Assembly (NCBI GenBank): GCA_010405405.1
Contig: MU004244.1
Location: 189,895-253,894, forward strand
DNA: 64,000 nt
Direction: 5' to 3'
DNA from: Microthyrium microscopicum
Lineage: Eukaryota
Shown: positions 27,400-37,184 of the stretch, piece after piece
Numbering within the stretch: the stretch's first letter is position 1
How the letters are laid out: each line of letters opens with the position of its first letter
Notes under the pieces: model-generated
Told to the model about the DNA's origin: nothing
Databases searched by the model: none
What the model saw: only the letters and a program-made list of their open reading frames with translations
Made by a program: the position numbers and the translations under genes

Positions 27400-29595
27400 G
27401 AAAAGGTAGGAATAAGAGTCACTATTGGAAGAAAGCTTATTCCGAGCTTTCGAGAGAGAAAACCAAGCATTGGGGATCCCGAGATCGTCATTGGTGATAT
27501 AGCAGCTTCATAAACAGGTGATATAGCAGCTTCATAAACAACGAATGCAAGAACAACCAATACTTGATCAAGGTATCTGAAAATATGGGAATAACAGTAC
27601 TTCAGTCCAATAAGCTTATTTCGAACTATTTAGACTCTAAGATCTAGTATTGGTGATTTTGCAGGGCAGAGCATTGAATTCAGAGTACACGTTGTGGAAG
27701 ACTCTTGCAACCTTGTCTAGAGCAATCCTTTGTTTAAGGAAACTTCTGGAACGGTAGGAATAAGACTTGTTAGGCAGGAAAATCTTATTCCGATCTTTAT
27801 AGGAACTATACTCTAGTGTTGGTGATGGCACAGATCGTAAACAACCCCTAGTTCTATGCGGACTACTCGCCACATGTGTTGCTTACATGCAAGGGACTGG
27901 TCAACTCAAACCTTGATCAATGGTTTCAAAAAGATAGGAATAAGAGTTTATTATCCTCGAAAAGTTTATTTCGGCCTTTTCGCAGTGTTTAGTTAACATA
28001 TAGGAGTTGAGTAAATTTGAAAGTTGAAAAAATGGCCTCCGTACGTATGTATGCGCCTACCCATTGAAATGATCAAGCCTAGATGAATCTTTCTAAAAAT
28101 ATAGGAACAAGCTCTAAATAATGAAGAACTCTTATTCCTATCTTTATAGAAAGACCGTTATCAAGTTAGCATAACTCCTTCAATACTGCTCGGCATTCTT
28201 CAAAAATGTAAGAATAAGCTTGTTGTATCATGCTAAACTTATACCTACTTTTCTATATCGATTGGCCTATGCGTGGTTGAGTTATACTAAAACTGCCAAC
28301 TTTACGCTGCATTGTCTAGAAAGTTAAGAACAAGATTAAATCACTATCAAAAGCTTATTCCTGGCTTTTCAAGTGTGTTCGAAGCTCCATTGCTGAGTTA
28401 CTTATAAACTGCGAACCGTTGCGTGCATTGTTTGGAGAAATAGGGGTAAGTTATCCCTGTCAGGAGGTCATACATGCTCCAAAATTCTGAGTTCCCACCA
28501 TTATATTAGCTAGCCACTCGCATACTGTACTACACCCTTTCAAAAGATAGACATAAGCTTTTCTCCATATGTACAAGAGGCTTATTCCTATCTTTTTGAA
28601 CCGTTACAACCAACCGTTGCGATAATAGTAAAAAATCGTCAATTCTGCGCTGCATTCTTTGAAAACATAGGAATAAGCTCTTCTTTCCAGACGAACCTTA
28701 TTCCTAAATTTTCAAGGCAACCAGACGTTAGATGGATGTGTTATGAAGGTTTGTTACTGAAAAAAGGGGTAAATAGTGGTAAGTGGAATGATCTGAAGCA
28801 TCCACGAATCTACAGTAACCAGATGATCGACTCCTCATCACCTTGTGCTTTTCGGAATAAGCTAATGTGCACGAAAAACGCCTATTCCTATAATTTGCTA
28901 TCTCATAGCCCAGCAACCCTCGAGTTGAAGTATCTCAACAACGAGTAGTCTGATGGCTCTGAAAATATGGGAATAAGCTTTCTTACACAAATCAAGCTAT
29001 TCCTGGAATATCAAAGCCATATCTACATTATAGCTCGAGATACATCAACTCGCCTATTTTCACGTCTTTTCCTCCACAAATATAGGAGCAAGCTTTTTTA
29101 CATGGATAATGCTCATTCCTATACTTTAGAATCGATAGCTCCACCACAACCCTTTATACAATAATTAACTCAATTCAGATCACATAGACTTGAAAATCTA
29201 CGAACAAGCTTCTTCAATTACCCACTGCTTATTCCTGGAATTCTGAACCTGTATGTCTACTGTACCTTGAGATATATAATAACTCGCTCAATTTACCTTA
29301 CCTCACTCCAAAAACGTAGGATTAAGCTTCTCTACTCAAACAATACTTAGTCCTATGTTTTCAGGTCTATAGATACACCAAAGCCTAAGATATAATAACT
29401 CATTTAATCTTTCATATTTTGCTCCCAAAACATACGAATAAGCTTTTCTATTTGAATAATACTTATTCCTATCTTTTGAAATCCGCACGTGTGTCACAGC
29501 TTTAGTTATCATAACTCAATTATTTTGGCTGATATGAATATATAATCATAGGAATAAGCTAATACAAACTAGAATAGCCTACTCCTATATTTGTA
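27400..29595. repeat. Array of 17 degenerate palindromic sites TAGGAATAAG-N19-CTTATTCCTA, period ~116 bp (right part) or ~167-180 bp (left part)
   Basis: Left arms start at 27407, 27586, 27755, 27935, 28102, 28209, 28325, 28441, 28548, 28668, 28852, 28968, 29083, 29199, 29317, 29433, 29549; spacer is 19 nt in 13 of 17 units; most flanked by AAAA/TTTT. Confidence 0.93.
27493..27540 (+). repeat. Perfect 24-bp tandem duplication GGTGATATAGCAGCTTCATAAACA
   Basis: Two identical adjacent copies. Confidence 0.95.
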
Positions 29596-29692
29596 GACTT
29601 CTAGATATACTATAGCCTAAGATATAGCAACTCGCTCGTTTTAGCTACCTTGTTCCCATGTTCTGGGACCCAAATAGCATCCACTCTTCGTA

Positions 29693-30082
29693 GACAAAAT
29701 GAGTGAGCCGTTTCAACACCTACTCCCATCGATTGCGATGGCCGCCATAACACTTGTCAAAGAGTGAATGCTTTACACCCGTTTGCGAAAAGTGATGATC
29801 ACCGATCCTCCTCCCCTGTATCATATCTTTTGCTGGTTTCTACCAATCACAGACTAAATAGCCTTCTTCAAGTTCGGTATCATCGATTTAGCGTCCCAGA
29901 TAACTACTTTGTTAGCTATCTAGGTTGTGATTTTCATGAAAACCAATATACGGGGGGATGTCTTATGTTTACCTCGGATTATCTAATACCATTGGTAATC
30001 AAAGTAGCCGCTCTTGAAGAGGTGTTATGGCGGCCATCGCACTCGATGGGATTGCTCGTCAAAATGGCTCGCTTATTTTGTC
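29693..30082. mobile_element. 390-bp element with ~85-bp imperfect inverted repeats (MITE-like or element-end relic)
   Basis: 29724-29753 and reverse complement of 30022-30051 match at 29/30; similarity extends outward (GACAAAATRAGYGAGCC) and inward (AAGAG..CTTT). Confidence 0.6.
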
Positions 30083-30680
30083 CCTTGAGAGATCCACTAC
30101 AGCTTGCTCCGACCGCATGAAAAAGTAATTGACGTTCTCCCATTAGCTGATGGCTCTTACGAACGCTTCTAATCAGAGGTGTTACATTTTCCATCGCTTT
30201 CAAAATATCCGGGGAAACGCGCCAGCTAGTAAATAAAGCGCTCCATAGCAGAGCGTGTTGTGTGGGATTCATCGAAGTCGATGAGCGCACGCCATTTATT
30301 TTGTCTACCGGATGAGATCCAATAAACAAATCTGCGATATTATCGATAAGACACTTCGCACGTTTCACAAAACAAGATTGCACAATGTTTGGTAGCTCAC
30401 GCAAATATGATTTTTACCCCAGCGTTGAGCGGGTGGGTATCACAAAGTACATATAAAAAACATTCAGCTCTTTCCGAGTTGAGAACGGGCATACAATGAC
30501 CACGCTTTTAATGTTGAAAACTTTTCGCCTTGAACTCCTTCAAAATCAAAAGCCATGAGGTTCTCTCACCATCGCAAGCAGAACCTTTCCCCTATCCTTG
30601 GTATTTTGGGCTGTTGAACAGCAAAAAGCTAAAACGCCGGTGTTGAATGGATCGCCAATGCATTAGTCAAAAATTGTGCT

Positions 30681-33131
30681 CTAAGCCTTCTCCTCCTTTT
30701 GGCGGTAGAACTTGGCCGCATTCACCATGTTGACGAGAGCGGCTTTAGTCTCCGCCCATTGACGAGTTTTGAGACCACAATCGGGGTTGACCCAGAGTTG
30801 ATCTGGTCGGAGGTATCTGATTTTGTTAGTCAAAGAAGTAACATTGGATGGAAATACTAACTGAAGCATTTCTGCGATGCGGTCCTTGATCTCTTGCTCG
30901 CTTGGAACACGAGGAGAGTGAATGTCGTACACACCAGGACCAATGTGACGTGGGTAAGCTTCCTCAACAAAGACCTTGAGGAGCTTAGCATCACTCTTGC
31001 TGTTCTCGATGGAAAGAACATCAGCATCAAGAGCGGCAATGGCATGGAAAAAGTCCTGGAATTCAGAGTAGCAGAAATGGCTGTGGATCTGGGTGGAATC
31101 CTTGACACCAGAGACCGAGAGGCGGAAGGATTCAACAGCCCACTTGAGGTAAGCATCTCTCTCACTTCCCTTGCGAAGTGGGAGACCTTCACGAAGAGCA
31201 GGTTCGTCAACCTGGATGACATAGATGCCAGCTGACTCGAGATCAACGACTTCATCGCGAAGAGCAAGAGCAAGTTGTTGAGCCTGGACAGATTGATGAA
31301 CGTCATCACGAGGGAAAGACCATCTCAAGCAGGTAATTGGTCCAGTGAGCATACCCTTCATTGGCTTCTTGGAGACAGATGCGGCATATTTGGACTCCTT
31401 GACGGTCATCGGGGCAGGACGAGAGATGTCGCCGACAATGATTGGAGGACGAACACATCGAGATCCATAGGACTGGACCCAGGCGTGTGTAGTAAAGACA
31501 TAACCATCCAGACGCTCGCCAAAGTATTGAACCATGTCGTTACGCTCGGGTTCGCCGTGGACGTAAACGTCAAGATCAAGCTCATCTTGAACCTTGATGA
31601 CATCGTCAATTTCCTTCTCGATGAACTTCTCATACTCTTCGGCAGTGATGTCACCCTTGGTGAACTTGTTACGTTGAATACGGATTTCCTTGGTTTGTGG
31701 GAAAGATCCGATGGTGGTGGTAGGGAAGAGTGGGAGCTTGAGATGTTCTTTTTGAGCAGCATATCTAGCTGGGAACTCGGATTGACGATTGTGCTGTTCT
31801 GGGGTAACCTTTGCTTGACGGTCCTTCACAGCAGCGTTGTTGGTTCGCTTAGACTCGGCACGGGACTTCATCGAAGCAGCGTTGGCCTCGAGTAGATCCT
31901 TGACGGCAGCTGGTCCTTCAGTGATAGCCTTGGCAATAACAGCAACTTCAGAAGCTTTTTGAACAGCGAAAGAGAACCAGTCTTTGACTTCAGAGTCGAG
32001 CTTCTTCTCGCTTTCGAGAGTGTGAGGTACATGGAGTAAAGAACTGGAAGTGGCAACGATAACACGGTCCTTTCCAAGCTTCTGGATGGCAGTCTCGACA
32101 GTCTCAATGGCGCGCTTGAAGTTGGTCTTCCAGATATTTCGACCATCAACGACACCAGCAGAAAGAACTTGGTTGGATCCGAGTTGACCGAGAACACCCT
32201 CTAGCTGCTCTGGGTTACGGACAAGGTCGACGTGGATACCGTGAACATTCTTAAGTGCTGGGAAGACGTCAAAGTTGTGAACGATGTCGCCGAAATATGT
32301 TGCCAAAACCAAGTTTGGGATGCTGCTGCCAGATAGTGCTTCATAGGCAGGCTTGAACGCATCCTTGACCTCTTGGGGAAGATCAAAGACCAAGATTGGC
32401 TCGTCGATTTGAACAGTCTCAGCTCCAGCTTGCTTGAGCTTCTCGAGAAGCTCCTTGTAGACAGGGAGAAGCTTTTGAATGAGAGAGATTGGCTTCACGG
32501 ATTGATCACGATCAGCTTTTCCGAGGAAGAGGAAGGAGACGGGACCAAGGACAACTGGTCGAGTTGTAATACCAGCCTCTTTGGCCTCGAGGAATTCGCG
32601 GACGGGTTTGGGGTCGGCAGAGAGCTTAAATGATTGTCCATCTTGGAATGTTGGCTTGACATAGTGGTAGTTAGAGTCGAACCACTTGACCATTTCCTAA
32701 AAGACATTAGTCCATGTTCGAAGACAGCTGAAAACGAATTCTCGTACCAGACTTGGAACATCGATGCCATCCTTTTGGTGACCACGGCCCATTGCAAAGT
32801 ACTCGTCAATGGGGTCAAGGCCATGCTTAGAATACCGTTCTGGAATAGCCTTTGAATACAAGTTAGCATTGAGGCTTGTATGATACGAAAGAGTTCATAC
32901 ATTGAATAGTTGAATGTGATCAAGGACTTGGTCGTAGAAGGCAAAGTCATTGCTGGGAATGCTGTCAACACCAGCATCCTTTTGAATTTTCCAATGAGCA
33001 AGACGAAGACGCTTTCCCTCGGAGAGTAAATCTTCGCGAGAGAGTTTACCGCCCCAGTAAGCTTCAGTTGCTTTCTTGAGGTCGCGAAGGACGCCCATAC
33101 GAGGGAAACCGAGAACTGATGATTGAACCAT
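30681..33131 (-). CDS. MET6: Cobalamin-independent methionine synthase (three introns)
   Basis: MVQSSVLGFPRMG, MVKWFDSNYHYV, TTTIGSFPQT, HGEPERNDMVQYF, HFCYSEF, WVNPDCGLKTR. Confidence 0.98.
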
Positions 33132-34287
33132 GATGGGTAGGTTTAGAGGTAAAAGGAAAGAACAATGGAGTAGAAGGAGGCAGAAGGGAAGTGGCACTGG
33201 TGATACAATGTAACCAGTTAAGAGTGTGAGAATAGCGTGAGGTAGAAGGAGGAGAGAAAGAAAAAAGCGGGAGAGAATGAGGTGATGGAGAAAAAAGGTG
33301 CGATGGTCGGAGGGGCAATAAATATGGACAGTCAGTCAGACAGTTCAAAGTGTGAGACAATTCTTGTGGGAAGGCGCGATGAACGTTTTCAGGGGTGGGG
33401 CAACAACAGGCAAGAGCGGGCAAGAGCAATGCGGGGTACAGACTCAATACTCCAAGATACATCTATGACCATATTCACATGTACCTCCTAGTACATGTAT
33501 GGAGTATAAATACCTCATCTATGCTCAAGCTGGGTATTGACGGGTATCAACTACCTGCCGCTGATGGCCATTGAGCCATACAACTACAGAGGATTACAAC
33601 AGCAATGGGAATATGGATTCCTCCTAAGCAACACTAACCTTATGTTATCACTTCATCAATACACTCGTTTGAAAACCTGGTAACCCTCTCCTCTACTCAT
33701 GCAAGTGGTTGCTCATATCTGGAGCAAATGGTGTGGCGAGCAAGAAAAAAATGACTCCAGTCCGATGTCGCCGAGAAACAATTGCCCAATTGCCATTGGC
33801 ATGTCTGCAGTTTTATATCACCACTAAACGTTTCTCGATCTAGCCCTTATATCAATATATACACAGGCGACAGGTCCAGCCCACAAGCCAGTATAACGAC
33901 AAAAGCCATTGTGTCGAATGAATTGTTGACATGGATACCAAAAAATAATCAGACAAATGCTTGCATCCTGCTCTCCTTGCTGGCCATCTCCGTAAGATGG
34001 ATCTTACCGTACCTGCCGCTATACCACTCAACATGTCCAATGCAACAGATGAGGCATTCGCCCACGAGGCTCTAATGGAGCACGTCTGTTCTTGGATACG
34101 AACTACACAAAGAAAAACCTGAAAAACCAACCATATCCTTCCAGAGAATAGTAGCATGGCAAGTGTAAGGATGTAGCACGATATCAAGAGACGGCTAAAG
34201 GCTTGCGGTTTCCTCAAACTCAGCACAATATCAATCGTCACTGGCCATTTTACGTACAACCTCCTTCAAGATGATTGCCAGTCATCC

Positions 34288-36078
34288 ATGTCTGGCTTCT
34301 GGGTCAACAACAAAGTCAATAACATTGCCGAGCTTGTCATCTTCCTTTACCTATCCTCGCTATTCATCAGATTTTCCCCTCGAGTATCTTCCCACCCACT
34401 CGCTAACATGGCCTATTGTATTGTCAAACGTTGCAAAAAGGCATTCAAGCGAAGCAAGGCCTCTTCGTCGCCAGCACCTCTCGTTGAAGCAGTCGAGAGT
34501 CCTACCATCTTGCCAGATCCTCCAGCCATTCCACCCATGGAATTTGCAACAGACACCAAGGCTCCAGCTTCATCTATTTACTCGTCTCATCCAGCTAGCC
34601 CAGCATTATCCGGAATGGACGTTGATATAACTATACCTGGATTCGCGTCAATATACACTGCAATGATAGGGTCCCCAATCTTTCCTTCCACGGATGAAAT
34701 ACCAGAAGATATCAACACTTCACCACGACTAGAAACAACCAGTGCAATGATAGAGCCCCCAGCTATTGCTTCCTTGGACGGACCATTAGGCAGTACGGAA
34801 TCTTTGCTTGGACCAGACGCGATCGATGGGCTGCCATTTTCTCCCAGCTCATCTAGTCTGGGCAGGGAAAGTAGGTTCACGGAAGAGTTGGAAGTCCCAC
34901 CGTCTTTAAGATCCAAGAAAAGCTCTATTCGGAGTGTTATTGGAAAAGGCAAGAGGATGAGCGTTGATCTACTCAAATCATTGGAGCCAACCATTCTCCG
35001 ACAGTACCCAGTGACTAGTGTTGAAGAGCCACCACAAGTCAATCGATCGTCGTTGAAGGTCCCAGGAGCAATTTGCTCAAGGCATTCCCAGAAGGATATC
35101 CCTCAGTGGCATAATATCAGTGGCTCTTCAAGCCTCTTCAGAGCCGACACGACACTGCAGAGCTCTACGTCCTTTTCTCGACAAACTCCAGATGTCGGTG
35201 ATGAAAAGATGGTTTCAGCGTCCAAGCGTCCTTCTTTCATGGTCGCGCAAATCACAGATTCAAGACAGTCCCAAATTGATGCTTCCCACTGGCAAAAAGT
35301 TAGTGTTTCTTCAAGCCTCCTCAGAGTCGACACCACACTGCACAAGTCTACGTCTTTTTCTCGACAAAGCCAAGTAATTGGCAGTGAAGAGATAATTTCA
35401 GTTTCCAAGCGATCGTCTTTCAGAAGCGCAAAAGGCACCAATTCATGGCAATCCAAGACGGTCACTACCAAGCTCGTCAGTCCCTTCAAAGATCCATCGC
35501 CGGAAACTTTGTCTGCTCTTTGCGCACGAAAAGACGCTACAGGGCAATTTGCAAAGGCAATCAAAGAAGCGGAAGCGGAACGGTCAGCTTTTCTTCTTCC
35601 AGAAAACAAAGATCTAGCTCGTAAACCTCAAGTTAGACCAAGAAGTGCTTCATATGTACCACCAATACCAACCGAGTTGACTGATAACCTTGCGAACCCC
35701 TCTGGCCCAGCACCACGACCGGCAAGTGAATCCAATCTTCCAAAGCTTTCAGTGAGTACCTACGAACCAGTTGAGGCATGGGCCAAATTCCCAAGTCATA
35801 CCCGACCTGCGCGCACTGGGAGTGCTAGTGATGCTGACAAAGTGCTCACCAGAGACTTTGCTTATAATGGGAATCCAGTGCTCTTCCGCGAACTCGCCTA
35901 CAACTCGAGTCCAGTGCTTGTCAATTCCAAACCAAAAAAAATGGCAAGAGCTCGTAAGGTTTTGAGGAATTACAGGGAATTTTTTAGCGCTCCAAGCTTG
36001 GAATACATTCGATATGGGCTTAGGAGGCGAACATCAGTCGATTCTGGGGGAGAACCGGAGGATCCTGACCTAGATTGA
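34288..36078 (+). CDS. Ser/Pro-rich hypothetical protein with an internal 61-aa duplication (start uncertain, 34288 or 34408)
   Basis: 596-codon ORF; C-terminal WAKFPSHTR..RTGSA...VLTRDFA motif looks like a conserved fungal disordered-protein motif. Confidence 0.75.
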   Translation: MSGFWVNNKVNNIAELVIFLYLSSLFIRFSPRVSSHPLANMAYCIVKRCKKAFKRSKASSSPAPLVEAVESPTILPDPPAIPPMEFATDTKAPASSIYSSHPASPALSGMDVDITIPGFASIYTAMIGSPIFPSTDEIPEDINTSPRLETTSAMIEPPAIASLDGPLGSTESLLGPDAIDGLPFSPSSSSLGRESRFTEELEVPPSLRSKKSSIRSVIGKGKRMSVDLLKSLEPTILRQYPVTSVEEPPQVNRSSLKVPGAICSRHSQKDIPQWHNISGSSSLFRADTTLQSSTSFSRQTPDVGDEKMVSASKRPSFMVAQITDSRQSQIDASHWQKVSVSSSLLRVDTTLHKSTSFSRQSQVIGSEEIISVSKRSSFRSAKGTNSWQSKTVTTKLVSPFKDPSPETLSALCARKDATGQFAKAIKEAEAERSAFLLPENKDLARKPQVRPRSASYVPPIPTELTDNLANPSGPAPRPASESNLPKLSVSTYEPVEAWAKFPSHTRPARTGSASDADKVLTRDFAYNGNPVLFRELAYNSSPVLVNSKPKKMARARKVLRNYREFFSAPSLEYIRYGLRRRTSVDSGGEPEDPDLD

Positions 36079-36483
36079 GCAGGAAAATTATCCTACAGAC
36101 CTAGTGAATACCCTATAGACCTAGCGAGTAACATTTCTTTCTTCTAATGATAAATTTTGGCTTTTTCCTTCAATTTAGGTGGGAAAATGTCGCGTCTTAT
36201 AGTAGACGTCGTACTCGCTGGGACTTCGTACATCGTGAAGCTAACATTAAGCGGTATTTGGAAAGTATTAAGGCCGAAACTAACTTTATGCTGATATCAT
36301 GGCAAATATTAAAACGAATCCATTGATAGGCTTTGCAAGTACAATTACTCAAATAAATACTACTACCAGATAGGCAAAAAAATGAATAAAGTCCACACTA
36401 GGGTATTCGCTCAATCACAAATCATCCATGACGCCGGCCAGAAGTTGGCAAGACCGGCCAGGGTCTCAACCATAAGAACTCTC

Positions 36484-37184
36484 CTAGTTCTTGACGTCGT
36501 AAGCCATGGTATTGCTAGGGTCTTTAGCATCATAGGTCATGGTATTGTTGGAGCTGTACTGAACAGCACCGGAGCTCTTCTCAGCCTGGCGGAATGTGAC
36601 CTCCTTCTCCTGCTGAACCAGACTGCAAAGAGCACAGCAGCACGAAGCAGCAATATCAGTGATACAGCTGCCCTCGAGGTTGTACTTTTGACGAACTTCG
36701 GATCGCTGCAATGATCCTAGGAGCCAGTGGAGACCGACGCAAGATGAGCCGACGAACATCAAGCACTAGATTACAAAGTGGTTAGTTATCATACATCAGG
36801 ATGAACTTGGGACATTGTACGTACGCTGGTGTTGATTGGCTCGTAACCTTCAAGGGTCTCGCTCTTATGAAGACGATGATGGACCTTTCCAAAGGTAACG
36901 CAAGAGCAGCACCAGGTCATCAAGCCTGTTCGCATAATGAAGTTAGCATATCTAAATTGGAGGACAGTGGAGGGTTCGGCAAACATACAAACGTCAATGG
37001 GCGAGAAACACCCAAAGAAAGCATCATGCCATGAGCTTGCCCCTTCTGGAGATTTGCTATTGATGGTCCCACTAGCATCACCAAGTGCTCGGTTGAAGCT
37101 GTTCTTCCAGTGGTCGATATCGTTGTTGTCAATAGGGCCGTTGCTAGCAGCCGGGGCAGGCATTTGAGTTTGATGAGCAGCCAT
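36484..37184 (-). CDS. PLAC8/DUF614 cysteine-rich membrane protein (two introns)
   Basis: WHDAFFGCFSPIDVC, TWCCSCVTFG, QRSEVRQKYNLEGSCITDIAASCCCALCSLVQQEKE. Confidence 0.92.

Noticed and set aside
27312..29164. Short ORFs within the array (27312-27560, 27637-27873, 28736-28948, 28967-29164)
   Set aside because: Chance frames in repeat DNA; the 116-bp period is not a multiple of 3 and there are no protein motifs.
27400..29595. CRISPR array interpretation of the palindrome array
   Set aside because: Eukaryotic context, no cas genes, degenerate rather than identical repeats, the variable part lies inside the palindrome, and linkers are related to each other.
31275..31895. 206-aa antisense ORF in MET6, and similar ones in KRR1, UTP10 and the kelch gene
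   Set aside because: Expected from codon bias in conserved genes.
33750..33760. ATGACTCC, a Gcn4/CpcA-like site upstream of MET6
   Set aside because: Single imperfect match (not TGACTCA) ~620 bp from the ATG; plausible but unsupported.
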